A DNA stretch of 64,000 nucleotides, taken from NCBI GenBank assembly GCA_018302985.1, contig JAGVZA010000002.1, forward strand, positions 32,228-96,227, given 5' to 3'. Each line of letters opens with the position of its first letter. The first letter of the stretch is position 1. The stretch comes from Candidatus Woesearchaeota archaeon (GTDB lineage Archaea; Nanobdellota; Nanobdellia; SCGC-AAA011-G17; UBA489). The position numbers were made by a program, and so were the translations under genes. Shown here piece by piece: positions 36,233 to 47,000 of the stretch. The notes under the pieces were generated by a model. That model was not told the origin of the DNA, did no database searches, and saw nothing but the letters and a program-made list of their open reading frames with translations.

Positions 36233-39214
36233 TTGGCAACAAGAATAGAAATCACACCTACTGTTGAAGATGCCCGTGCACGCATGAGAAAGCGGCAAAT
36301 AGAAGGCATGGGATTTGATGGAAAAATTCAAGGTGTGCAGTTAGTAGATGTCTATACTGTTGATGCTCCTCTAGAAAGAAATGATCTGCAAAGAGTCGGA
36401 AGCATGCTTGCTGATACTATAACAGAAAGTGCGAGTGTTGATACTCCTCAAGCACCAGAAAAATTTGATTGGGCAATTGAAGTAGGTTTTCATCCAGGTG
36501 TTACTGATAATGTTGCAACAACTGCAAGAGAAGGTTTAGAAGATTTATTAAAAACAAAATTACAACCAGACCAAGGTGTGTATAGTTCTCAAGTAACATT
36601 TCTGCAAGGAGATCTATCGCAAGCTGATGTGGAAAAAATTGCTAGTACTATGGCAAATCCATTAATTCAACGGACTGCTATAAAAAGTTTTGATGTCTTT
36701 CGAAGAGATCAAGGCATGGGTGTCGTTGTTCCACAAGTAAGATTAGGTCTTGAACCTTCTGTTGATACTGTTGATATCTTGCAAGCAGATGATGCAGCTT
36801 TAGCTCTTATTGGAAAAAAAGGTATTGCTAATGTTGATGGAACGCGAAGAGGACCTCTTGCATTAGATCTCAAATATATGCAAGCTATTCAAGCACATTT
36901 TAGAAAACTTGGAAGAAACCCAACAGATGTAGAACTAGAATCAGTTGCACAAACCTGGTCAGAGCATTGTAAACATACTATTTTTGCTGATCCTTTGGAC
37001 GACATTACAGAAGGATTATTCAAAAGATATATTCGAGGAGCAACAGAACAAATCAGAAGAGCAAAAGGCACTAAAGATTTCTGTGTCTCTGTCTTTAAAG
37101 ATAATTCTGGTGCTATTGCTTTTGATGACCAATGGCTTGTAACAGATAAAGTAGAAACACATAACAGTCCATCAGCTTTAGATCCATTTGGTGGTGCAAT
37201 CACAGGTATAGTTGGAGTAAATAGAGATACTATCGGTTTCGGACTTGGTGCTAGACCAGTTATTAATCGCTATGCTTTTTGTTTTGCTGATCCAAAAGAC
37301 ACAGATCCACTATACAAAGGAGAAGGACGTACTCAACAAATGTTGCCGCCTCGACGCATTATGGAAGGAGTCATTAGAGGTGTGAATGTTGGAGGTAATT
37401 GTTCTGGTATTCCAACACATCCGGGCTCGTTATTTTTTGATCAACGCTACGAAGGAAAACCTCTAGTGTTTGTAGGTACTGTAGGAATCATTCCACGAGA
37501 AACTGCTGGAAGACTTTCCCATGAAAAGCAAGCACAGTCTAGCGATTATATTGTTATGATCGGTGGTCGTGTAGGAAAAGACGGTATTCATGGAGCAACA
37601 TTTTCATCTGAAGCCATGGATGCTGGCAGTCCTGCAACTGCAGTGCAAATTGGAGATCCTATCACTCAGAAAAAACTAAGTGATGCTTTAATTGATGAAG
37701 CAAGAGATTTAGGATTGTATACCAGTCTTACTGACAATGGTGCTGGAGGATTATCTTGTTCAGTTGCAGAAATGGCGCAGGAAGCGGGCGGATGTCATGT
37801 GGATTTAGAAAAAGTTCCTGTAAAATATCAAGGCCTTGCTCCTTGGGAAATTTGGATTTCTGAATCACAAGAACGTATGACTCTCTCAGTCCCTAAAGAA
37901 AATTGGGGAAGATTGCAAGAATTACTGCAGCGACGCAGAGTAGAAGCTACAGTCATCGGAGAATTTACAAATTCTGGAAAATGTGTAGTTGAGTATAAAG
38001 GAAAAACAGTCATGGATATGGAAATGGAGTTCTTGCATCATGGTTTGCCACAGCGACCTATGCAATCAACCTACAAAAGAGTAGTTCATGAAGAGCCTAG
38101 CTTACCAGATCTAGAAGATCTTACACAAACCTTCCATCAAATGCTGGGACGATTAAATATCGCAAGTTTTGCATTTATTGCACAACAATATGATCATGAA
38201 GTACAAGGTGGTTCTGTCATTAAACCGTTACAAGGACGAGGAAGAGTTAATGGTGATGCGACAGTAACCCGCCCAGTCTTAGATTCACAAAAAGGAGTTG
38301 TTGTTTCCCAAGCAATGAATCCTTCCTATAGTGATATTCACACTTATCACATGGCTGCAAGCGCAATCGATACTGCTATTAGAAATGCTATAGCTGTTGG
38401 GGCAGATCTTGAACATCTTGCACTCTTAGATAACTTTTGTTGGTGCAGTCCGGATGATCCAGAACGTTTGGGACAACTCAAAGAAGCTGCTCGAGCTTGT
38501 CATGACTATGCTATTGCATTCGGCACTCCCTGGATTTCTGGTAAAGATAGTATGCACAATGATTTCAAAGGATATGACAAGGATGGAAAGCCAGTAAAAA
38601 TTTCTGTGCCGCCAACGCTCTTAGTCTCTTCACTAGGAGTCATTGACAATGTACAAAATGCAGTTTCTCTAGATGCTAAAATAGAAGGTGATCTGGTCTA
38701 TGTATTAGGACAAACTTATCAAGAATTAGGCGGTTCTGAATATTATGCCATGATCGGAGAACAAGAACGAGGAAAAGGGTATCTTGGAAATGCTGTTCCT
38801 CAAGTAGATGCTCACCGAAATAAAACTCTCTATAATGCACTGACTGATTGTATCAAAGAAGGATTAGTAGCATCTGCGCAAAGTGTGCATAGAGGTGGGC
38901 TAGCAGTTGCTTTGGCAAAGACAGCAATAGGAGGAAAATTAGGTATGGAAATAGATTTAGAACAATTTCCTAGTCAAGTGTCTCGTGATGATTTTGCTTT
39001 ATTCTCTGAAAGCCAAGGAAGATTAGTTGTTACAGTAGCCCCACAATATAAGGAACAATTTGAACAGCACATGCAAGGAAATGCTTTTGCAGCAATAGGA
39101 AAAGTTACAGGAGATGCTATCTTTAGAATTCGTGGAATTACTGGAAAAACTATTGTTGATGCAAACATAAAAACTATGGAGCACGCATACACAGAAACAT
39201 TTCGAGGATATTAA
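36233..39214 (+). CDS. purL: phosphoribosylformylglycinamidine synthase II with an N-terminal PurS-like extension
   Basis: 993 aa. The N-terminal ~190 aa are PurS-like, followed by the PurL AIRS and AIRS_C repeats (ETHNSPSA..., DNGAGGLS...). TTG start 9 nt after an AAGGGGGT Shine-Dalgarno. Confidence 0.85.
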   Translation: MATRIEITPTVEDARARMRKRQIEGMGFDGKIQGVQLVDVYTVDAPLERNDLQRVGSMLADTITESASVDTPQAPEKFDWAIEVGFHPGVTDNVATTAREGLEDLLKTKLQPDQGVYSSQVTFLQGDLSQADVEKIASTMANPLIQRTAIKSFDVFRRDQGMGVVVPQVRLGLEPSVDTVDILQADDAALALIGKKGIANVDGTRRGPLALDLKYMQAIQAHFRKLGRNPTDVELESVAQTWSEHCKHTIFADPLDDITEGLFKRYIRGATEQIRRAKGTKDFCVSVFKDNSGAIAFDDQWLVTDKVETHNSPSALDPFGGAITGIVGVNRDTIGFGLGARPVINRYAFCFADPKDTDPLYKGEGRTQQMLPPRRIMEGVIRGVNVGGNCSGIPTHPGSLFFDQRYEGKPLVFVGTVGIIPRETAGRLSHEKQAQSSDYIVMIGGRVGKDGIHGATFSSEAMDAGSPATAVQIGDPITQKKLSDALIDEARDLGLYTSLTDNGAGGLSCSVAEMAQEAGGCHVDLEKVPVKYQGLAPWEIWISESQERMTLSVPKENWGRLQELLQRRRVEATVIGEFTNSGKCVVEYKGKTVMDMEMEFLHHGLPQRPMQSTYKRVVHEEPSLPDLEDLTQTFHQMLGRLNIASFAFIAQQYDHEVQGGSVIKPLQGRGRVNGDATVTRPVLDSQKGVVVSQAMNPSYSDIHTYHMAASAIDTAIRNAIAVGADLEHLALLDNFCWCSPDDPERLGQLKEAARACHDYAIAFGTPWISGKDSMHNDFKGYDKDGKPVKISVPPTLLVSSLGVIDNVQNAVSLDAKIEGDLVYVLGQTYQELGGSEYYAMIGEQERGKGYLGNAVPQVDAHRNKTLYNALTDCIKEGLVASAQSVHRGGLAVALAKTAIGGKLGMEIDLEQFPSQVSRDDFALFSESQGRLVVTVAPQYKEQFEQHMQGNAFAAIGKVTGDAIFRIRGITGKTIVDANIKTMEHAYTETFRGY

Positions 39215-39217
39215 CTT

Positions 39218-40018
39218 ATGACAACACCAAAAGCTCTAGTCTTAACAGGATATGGTATTAATTGTAGTAGAGAAACACAATTTGCTTTCACACAAGCTGG
39301 AGCACAAGCAGATATTGTACATATTAACGATCTCATAGATGGTCAACGACGTTTGGAGAACTATCAAATACTAACTTTTTCAGGTGGTTTTTCTTATGGA
39401 GATGATACTGGATCAGGCAATGGACTCGCAAATAGAATACGCAATAATCTTTGGGAGAAAGTAGCTGAGTTTGTTGAAAAAGATCATTTAGTGTTGGGAA
39501 TTTGTAATGGTTTTCAAGCCCTAGTTCGTTTAGGATTGTTGCCTGCAGTCAATAAAAATTATGGTACACAACAAGTTTCTTTACTGCATAATGATGGAGC
39601 GCAATATCTGGATAGATGGGTTGATCTCGAATGTTCACAGATAAGTCCATGGTTAAAAGGTGTTGATCGAATGAGTTTACCTATTGCGCATGGTGAAGGA
39701 AAATTGTATGCACCCCCTGAAGTGTTAGAACAACTGCAACAGAGAGATCTAATTGCTGCTAGATATGTTTCAGGAACAATGTGCGTTTATCAACACTTGC
39801 CTGCAAACCCCAATGGTTCTTTAGATGATATAGCAGCTTTAAGTGATGAATCTGGAAGAATTTTAGGAATGATGCCTCATCCTGAACGAGCCATAGCATT
39901 TACACATCTTCCTCATTGGTCATTAATAAAAGAAATAGTAAAAAGAATAGGAGCATCAGTCCCTAAGACTTGTCTGGGATTGCAAATATTTGAAAATGGA
40001 GTGAAGTATTTCAAGTAA
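39218..40018 (+). CDS. purQ: phosphoribosylformylglycinamidine synthase glutaminase subunit
   Basis: Class I GATase with LGICNGFQALVRLGLLP (nucleophile Cys) and MPHPER. Confidence 0.85.
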   Translation: MTTPKALVLTGYGINCSRETQFAFTQAGAQADIVHINDLIDGQRRLENYQILTFSGGFSYGDDTGSGNGLANRIRNNLWEKVAEFVEKDHLVLGICNGFQALVRLGLLPAVNKNYGTQQVSLLHNDGAQYLDRWVDLECSQISPWLKGVDRMSLPIAHGEGKLYAPPEVLEQLQQRDLIAARYVSGTMCVYQHLPANPNGSLDDIAALSDESGRILGMMPHPERAIAFTHLPHWSLIKEIVKRIGASVPKTCLGLQIFENGVKYFK

Positions 40019-40030
40019 GGAGAAGAAACC

Positions 40031-41479
40031 ATGACAACTCTTGACGATTATCTTACTGACGTAATTCAAAGAGGAGATCAAGGATCTCACTTCTTAGGAA
40101 ATCGTTGTGCACCAACACTAAGAAACTGTCCCTATGTAAAAATAATAAAAGGACCAATACAAAATGTTGGAGTATTAGATCTTCCTGAAACTTATGATGT
40201 CGTTGTGCATTCAGCAACTGGTGATCCTAAAATCACAGACGTTCACGAGCATGCAAGATCTGTAGTTACTAGATTATGTCTCCAAGCACAGCAACTAGGA
40301 GTTACTCCAATAGCATTTGCAAATGTGATTGATTCCAGAACCGGTGATCTCAAAATGTTAGAAGCAGCAGTTACTGGTTTAGTCAAAGAAGCAAATAGTA
40401 GAGGTCTAGCTATTATGAATGGAGAAAATGCAATATTGGGAGACAGAGTTGTACCAGAAGCAAATATTATGGGTACTATGATTAGTATAGTCCCAAAAGA
40501 AAATACACAAATTCAAAGAGATACTCCTTTGCTTCGCCATGATATTGTACTTGCTCGATTTAGTCATAACGGTCAGTATGTTTATATCAATGCTGATGGT
40601 GTAGGAACAAAAACAGATTTGCATGAAAAAGCAGGAAATCCACAATTCAGTGTAGATGATTTTGCAGCTATGAATCTTGATGATACGAGTAAATTAAGAG
40701 CTACAGCAAAAGCCCTTAGTGGTGTTCTTGAATTTACTGGAGCGATACCTATGAGCGAAATGATGAGTCGTGCTAGAAGACTTGGACAACAGTTAGGAAT
40801 ATCTATCCTCATCCAACAAGAAGAAGCAACAGGAAGAATTCATGGGGATTCTTATTTTACCCATAGTTTGAGTGGTGCAGTAGTAAGTACTATTGATAAG
40901 ACGCTTGCGCAAACGCCCTTACAAGCACAGGCAAGTGATTACCTTATTGCAATAACAGGAAGAACAAATCCTCGCTCCAATGGTATAACTGATAAGAGAA
41001 GAGCCATGGTCCAACTGTTCGGTCCAGAATATCAGCATACTCCTATGGGAAGGTTATTCTTAGAATATTTAGCTCAACCCTCGACTATTTTGTATTCTAC
41101 ATTTAAACTCTTGATTGATCAGGGATTAGCATCCAATGTGTATCATATGAGCGGCGGAGCATATAATGGCAAGCTAGCAAAACCTTTAGCAGCCAATAAT
41201 TTATTTGTCAGATTAGAAAATTTATTTCCTCCAGACTGGCGAGAAATTACTTTGGCTGGTGCAAATTTTACTTCTGCAGAACAAGCATTTGCAAAATGGC
41301 CATGGGGTAATGATGGATTTGTAACAACTGCACAACCTAAAGCAGCGATAGCAAAAATAGAGGCTATGTGTTTGCAAGGAAGAATTGTTGGACAAGTACA
41401 GCAAGCAGTTGATGGTAAAACCGGTGTAGAAATAGAGCCAAGACCCAGAAAAGTAGTTTACTTTTCAGGAAAAGAATAA
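40031..41479 (+). CDS. purM: PurM-superfamily protein, probably AIR synthase (atypical long form, 482 aa)
   Basis: NADGVGTK motif, ITGRTNPRSNGIT and YHMSGGAYNGK, PurM-like C-terminal half. A ~130 aa N-terminal extension holds the GENAILGD segment ahead of DGVGTK. AAGGAGAAG Shine-Dalgarno. Confidence 0.6.
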   Translation: MTTLDDYLTDVIQRGDQGSHFLGNRCAPTLRNCPYVKIIKGPIQNVGVLDLPETYDVVVHSATGDPKITDVHEHARSVVTRLCLQAQQLGVTPIAFANVIDSRTGDLKMLEAAVTGLVKEANSRGLAIMNGENAILGDRVVPEANIMGTMISIVPKENTQIQRDTPLLRHDIVLARFSHNGQYVYINADGVGTKTDLHEKAGNPQFSVDDFAAMNLDDTSKLRATAKALSGVLEFTGAIPMSEMMSRARRLGQQLGISILIQQEEATGRIHGDSYFTHSLSGAVVSTIDKTLAQTPLQAQASDYLIAITGRTNPRSNGITDKRRAMVQLFGPEYQHTPMGRLFLEYLAQPSTILYSTFKLLIDQGLASNVYHMSGGAYNGKLAKPLAANNLFVRLENLFPPDWREITLAGANFTSAEQAFAKWPWGNDGFVTTAQPKAAIAKIEAMCLQGRIVGQVQQAVDGKTGVEIEPRPRKVVYFSGKE

Positions 41480-41480
41480 C

Positions 41481-42275
41481 ATGATCTTAAAACCTTTGCA
41501 CAATCCAAGTAGTGGACCTATGCGAGTAGTTGGACTCATGTCTGGCAGTGGTTCTAATCTCACAGAAATTATTAAATTTGAAAAAAGAGTACAGCAGCAA
41601 AGAGGACAATCTCCTTATACTGTAGTTGGTATTTTTTCAGACAGAGCAACAAGTAGTGCAGTCCAAATAGGAGCGACTTATGATCTTCCCGTAGTTGTTC
41701 GAGATTTAAAATCATTTTATGCTGCTCGCGGCAAGCCTAGAAGTGATATGGGGGTAAGAAAAGAATTTGATGCAGCAACAGTAAGAGCACTAGCTCCCTT
41801 TACAGCAACCGTAGCTGCGTATGCAGGATATATGAGCATTGCAACAAACTTTTTATTAGAAGCATATCAAGGAGTCAACGTCCACCCTGCAGATCTTTCT
41901 ATTCTGGAAGGAGAGAGAAGAAAATACACTGGCGATCATGCAGTTAGAGATGCAATTCTTGCTGGAGAACTCTATTTACGTTCTTGTACGCATGTTCTTG
42001 AGGAAAAAGTAGATTATGGAAAAATATTCATGCGCTCTGCTCCTGTCAAAGTACAACTGCCTGTAGATTTTGATCCAAAAGACCAAGAGTTAGTACAAAG
42101 AGTTGTTGATGAACATCAGAATCGCTTAAAAAAAGAAGGTGACTGGATCATCTTTCCACAGACATTATTATTGATGGCTGAAGGAAGAATCGCACAAGAT
42201 GAACAGGGTAATTTGTATGTTGATAAAAAAGCAATTCCTAATGGTTTGATTGCAACTAGAAGTATAGTAGAGTAA
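41481..42275 (+). CDS. purN: phosphoribosylglycinamide formyltransferase-like
   Basis: VGLMSGSGSNLTEII and VNVHPADLS match the formyl-transferase N.HPSLLP motif. Confidence 0.65.
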   Translation: MILKPLHNPSSGPMRVVGLMSGSGSNLTEIIKFEKRVQQQRGQSPYTVVGIFSDRATSSAVQIGATYDLPVVVRDLKSFYAARGKPRSDMGVRKEFDAATVRALAPFTATVAAYAGYMSIATNFLLEAYQGVNVHPADLSILEGERRKYTGDHAVRDAILAGELYLRSCTHVLEEKVDYGKIFMRSAPVKVQLPVDFDPKDQELVQRVVDEHQNRLKKEGDWIIFPQTLLLMAEGRIAQDEQGNLYVDKKAIPNGLIATRSIVE

Positions 42276-42288
42276 GTAGAAGTATTAT

Positions 42289-42921
42289 TTATCTCCGAAG
42301 CACTGCAGTAATATATTTCTGATTTCCTTTGAATTGTGTTCGCAAGAGTTGTTCTATTTGTGGTTTTGGTAAGGCTGGTTTGTAATATCTTCTGCTTGCT
42401 AATGCATCATAAAGATCAGCTACTGCAACTAGTTGTGCTAAAGAAGTAATCATGGAGTCGCTCCTTCTTCTGTCCATTACATCTCGAGCACTATCTCTTC
42501 TTTCTACACCTTCTCTAGGATAGGGTGATGGTTTATATTCGTGGTGAGCTATTACTATCTGTCGAATTCTTGGATCAGGTAAGGCCTCTAATAAATTAAA
42601 TCCATGTACTGGATGTTCATCCATCAGTGTTCTTTCTTGCGCATCAAGCTGACCTCTCTTAGCTAAGATTGTTGTAGGAATTTTTGTTTTTCCTATGTCA
42701 TGTAAGAGTCCAGCAGAGCCAAGTAACAATAAATCTTCATCAGCTAATCTCTCGTCCAGTCCTAAATCAATGCTCAAAAAACCAACACGCATGCTATGAC
42801 TATAACTTTCTTTGTGATGGTGACGTAAGAGATCTAAGTAGCTTGTAACTTCTGGTTGAGAAAGAACTCTTTTTAAAACTACAGTGCTTGTTGAATGAAG
42901 TGTACTTACCATAGTAAACAT
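42289..42921 (-). CDS. HD-domain phosphohydrolase (HD-GYP-like)
   Basis: SHSMRVG...LLHDIGKTKIP...HHEYKPSPYPREG. Confidence 0.6.
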   Translation of the reverse strand: MFTMVSTLHSTSTVVLKRVLSQPEVTSYLDLLRHHHKESYSHSMRVGFLSIDLGLDERLADEDLLLLGSAGLLHDIGKTKIPTTILAKRGQLDAQERTLMDEHPVHGFNLLEALPDPRIRQIVIAHHEYKPSPYPREGVERRDSARDVMDRRRSDSMITSLAQLVAVADLYDALASRRYYKPALPKPQIEQLLRTQFKGNQKYITAVLRR

Positions 42922-43031
42922 TGAAGATCAGTATTTATAAAATTTCCTATGAATTGCAATAATTGTTTAAGTCGTTTCAGGAATAAGTGAATTATAAGAA
43001 ATTTGATTGAAGAATATATGCTTTTCATTTC

Positions 43032-43811
43032 TTAAAAAGAAAGCTTGTGCAAAGGTGAAGCTTCCACTCTTCTTTGCAAACGAATAGCATAATCTCCTAT
43101 GCCCATACTAAACCTTTCAGCTAAAGTTTTTGCAGCAGTAAATAAGTGTTGGGCTTGAGGAACCGCATAGACCATATCTACTCCAACAAGAATGCCCCAA
43201 GAAGGAACTTCACCACGCTTTAAATTATCAGATAATCTACTTCTTTGTTGAGGAGTAAGCAGTTGCTGACTTAGGTCTATGAAAAATTCAGAATCTTCTC
43301 CCGCAGTAATTAAAGCTTCCTCAACAAGTACTGTAGCATAACTAAAGCTTGCCTGAGTGTAGTCAAAAGCTAAACTCTCAAGTGTTCTACTATCTAAATG
43401 GGGAACTCTCGCTTGTAGTGCTCTTTTTCTCATGCCTATTTTTATTTCTCGAGCTCGATGAGATACATATTTTTTTGTTGTATCTAGAACATGTGTTGCA
43501 AGAGCTCTAGGAAGTTGTGACAAAGAAGTTTCCTTGAGAATGCTTACTAGAGTAGGTTCTCTAGCCATTATTTTTTCCATAATAGACGCTCTTTCTTCAG
43601 GGGCTAAATCTATTAAGCAAACAGTGAGTGGTAAGGCGTTCAAATCAAGAGATCCTTCAAGATAAGATTCAATCCCTGTATAAGTTCTTCTAGCAGGACT
43701 TACAAATGTTCTTTTCCCATGTTCCTCAAGAACACCATCTTCAAAGGTAAGAATTTGTGTTTTAGGATCATAGGTAGTTCGTCCAAGAGGGTGAATAGTT
43801 CTTTTGATCAT
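43032..43811 (-). CDS. hypothetical protein
   Basis: 259 aa ORF with no recognisable domain. Confidence 0.4.
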   Translation of the reverse strand: MIKRTIHPLGRTTYDPKTQILTFEDGVLEEHGKRTFVSPARRTYTGIESYLEGSLDLNALPLTVCLIDLAPEERASIMEKIMAREPTLVSILKETSLSQLPRALATHVLDTTKKYVSHRAREIKIGMRKRALQARVPHLDSRTLESLAFDYTQASFSYATVLVEEALITAGEDSEFFIDLSQQLLTPQQRSRLSDNLKRGEVPSWGILVGVDMVYAVPQAQHLFTAAKTLAERFSMGIGDYAIRLQRRVEASPLHKLSF

Positions 43812-43927
43812 AATAAGTCACTTTTTATAGAGGTAGAAGGCCTATTTAAAGGTTATTAGTGTTATCTCTTTAAAGTAGTTACAAATAGAAAGGCATATAA
43901 ATGGGGTATAGTATCCCACTGAGTAAG

Positions 43928-44068
43928 ATGAAAGACAAATTGAGTGTTACAGTAGATATGGAACTGGTTGAAAAGCTCCGTACTATAGTGAATACTGGCA
44001 AATTTAGGAATAAAAGCCATTTAGTAGAATATGCACTCAATAAACTCATAGAAGAGCTCGAATCATGA
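43928..44068 (+). CDS. ribbon-helix-helix (CopG/Arc/MetJ-like) small protein, 46 aa
   Basis: Not in the ORF track. MKDKLSVTVDMELVEKLRTIVNTGKFRNKSHLVEYALNKLIEELES has a beta-strand plus two helices. A TATA-like box (gcatataaatgg) lies ~23 nt upstream of the ATG. The TGA stop overlaps the ATG of the 1059-aa gene (ATGA). Confidence 0.5.
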   Translation: MKDKLSVTVDMELVEKLRTIVNTGKFRNKSHLVEYALNKLIEELES

Positions 44069-47000
44069 AAGCAGCAAAAAATCAATATGATCAGTTTGTA
44101 GCACAGATCCAGCAAGGAGAAACAGTGCAATTTGGTAAAATGGAAACTCTTTTTGCTAAAGCACTGCTTAGTAGATTTCTAGAGCAGCTCAGATCGCAAA
44201 ATTTTAGAGAACGAGCAGAACAACTCCATAGAGAAAGACAACGTCTTATTTTGGAAGAGACTGGTGATGAAGATAGCGAAATTGAACCCTTATCAGATCA
44301 AGAATTGTTAACTTACGCGCTTGATCAAGCACGAACTGCCATAGGAGCATTAGGTGTAAGACCTCCTGTAAGAGAAATGCAGCCTTACTTAGAAAAAGCA
44401 ATAGAAAGAAAAGATTGGCCTTTGTTGAATGCAGCTCTGAGTTTAACAGAAGAAGGAAAATTAGAGAAAGGAACTTTAGAAACTATAGTTCTTGAAGCAC
44501 TTCTGAGAAGACCAACAAGAGAAGAAGGAGATACTCCTAGTAGCATAAGAAGAGAATTTGGAGAACCACACTACACACGAGAACTTGTAGAACCAGTATA
44601 CTCAAGAGCATTAGCTGATGGAAATATGGAAGGAGTTAAAGCAGTGCATGAAGAAACAAAAATTACTATTTCACCTGCACTAGTTCAAACAACATATGAA
44701 ACATTAGCAGGAGCTGGACGTTCTGAGAGAATGAAGAAACTTGTAGAAGTCACAGGAGTAATACCGGAAAAAACATCTGCACTGAGAACAAATTTAATAA
44801 ATCTCATAGTAACAACAGATAAACTAGAAAAAGAAACTTTAGACGAACTCGACGCTGTTATAGACATCAGAACAGATGCAGCTCTTGCAAAAGCGCTTCA
44901 ACTAGCAGCAGTACGTAATGGGAGAATCTCTACTTTCTTTGATCTATACAATAGTGTTGGTGAAAAAGAACGCGTAGCAGTAAGTAATGTTCAAGATGCC
45001 TATGATACATTGGCGTCAACAGATGCAATAGACACTATAGTTAATCAAGCTATACAAACAGGGATTGCACCACGAAAAAAAGTTTTAACTCAAGTGTATT
45101 CAGATTTACTACAAAAGCAAAACTTTGCACGCATGGAAGAACTAGCAGCAAAAACTTCAACAACTCCAAGATTTGATGATGCTGTAGTCGATACAACAGT
45201 AAGATCTATGATAGCTCACGACGGAATGCATACTGTTCGACTGAGAGAATCTTTAGAACCATTTATTAGATTTGCAAATTTAGTTCATCAAGCAGGTAGC
45301 GCTATCGCAGAAGAGCATGTAGCGAGAGCGTGTCAAATGTATCTGGAAGGTTATATAACAGGAGAAGAAGATAGAGGTTTAGAAGGAAGAATTAGAGTAG
45401 TAGATAGAATCTATACCCAACTTGGAATAAAGTCATCAGAAACAATAACAGCGTTAAAGCTTGAAAGACTTGTAAAAGAACTAGGAACTACTTTTGGAGA
45501 ATTAGTAAGTAAATACGCAAAAGAATATAGTAATGGTTCGCCGCTCCAACCTATGCCCGGAAGTAATCTGGGTGAATGGCGACAATACTCAACAGCAGCA
45601 AGAAAAAATGTTAGAAAACACATTAAGGACTTGAAAGCCATACGTAGAGCACATCCAAACTGCTCTGTAGAGCAACATCTCCAAACAACTGAAATAGACG
45701 CTAGATTCATTCAAGAAACTTACATCGCATGTTTAGAAACATTCTTGACGCAATGCTCAATGGATGAAAAAACTGTAGATCTGCCGCAACTTATTGAAAC
45801 TGTTGGTATACCAATAAATGAAACTGCTGTAAATAGAGCGTTAATAAATCACATCAAAAGAAATTATGAAAGACAAGATGCCGGAAAAGTATTGGAAAAT
45901 GCACAAAAAGCAGGAATGTCTGTCACGTTAAATGATCAACAAATTAATAAGATAGGACAAGAGATGCTTACACGCCCAGAAGGCACTCTTCATTATCTTA
46001 AAGCTCTTATTGGAGAAAGAACATTTCCACCAGATCTTCAAGAAGCAGTGCAAGCAAGAAGCGTGGTTGAACTGGGGAAGGGAAATATTAGCGATTATGA
46101 TAAATTACAATCATTATTGTCTATAAAACGACCACCAACTGCTGGAGAAGCACAAACAATAAGAAAGACGATTATAGCAATCTTAACAGATGGAAAATAC
46201 GAGGCATTGGAGGCATTGCACAGAGAACAAGCAGAAGCTATGAGGGATAGATCAGGGATTATTCTTACAGCAACACCTGCTGAATTAGAAGTTATGATTG
46301 ATAAATATTTTGAGGGAGGAAGCAGTGCGAAACATCCAAGTCATATTGCAAGATTTTTTAATACAACGCTTAATCCAGATCAGATAAGAAGAAGATATGA
46401 GGCATTATTAAAAGATAGAAATATTAATGGACTTGAAAATATAACTTATGCTTATGAAGAAAGAATAAAAGCAGTACAAGAACTAATGGCTGATACAGGT
46501 GTCAAATATGAGCCTAAAGATTTACAACAAAGAGTTGAAGCAGAAGTAAGTAAAGGTCATAGCGGACATTTTCCAAGATGGGGTCCTTTATTAGGATTAT
46601 TAACAACACACAACGTTCCACCAGAACAAAGTACTGCAACAAGAATCTACCAAGCATCAATTCGTGATCTTTCTAAAGGAGAATATTTTAACACAAATTG
46701 TCTACCAGAAATTGTTAGACGATTAAGAGAATTCAACTTGCCTGTAGAAGACAGTATTGCAGAAGAAGTTAAGAATTTAGGATTAAAAGATCATGAAGTA
46801 GGCAATGAAAAGCTCATAAAAAGTATGGACTGGCTCCATCACCTATATCAACGTGCAGATATTCTTACTCCAGCAGAACTAACGACTGTAGCAGACGCTA
46901 TAGATGAAGATTTTACAGGAAGCCATATTAAAGCACACAATAGAAATGGAACTTTAATAAGGGATCTTTCCTTTATTTATGTTTTAGGTAATAGACAAGC

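Noticed and set aside
43879-44130. ORF 43879..44130 (-)
   Set aside because: Antisense to the RHH ORF and to the start of the 1059-aa gene; Cys/Phe/Leu-rich low-complexity translation. The plus-strand RHH ORF is preferred because of its promoter geometry and ATGA coupling.
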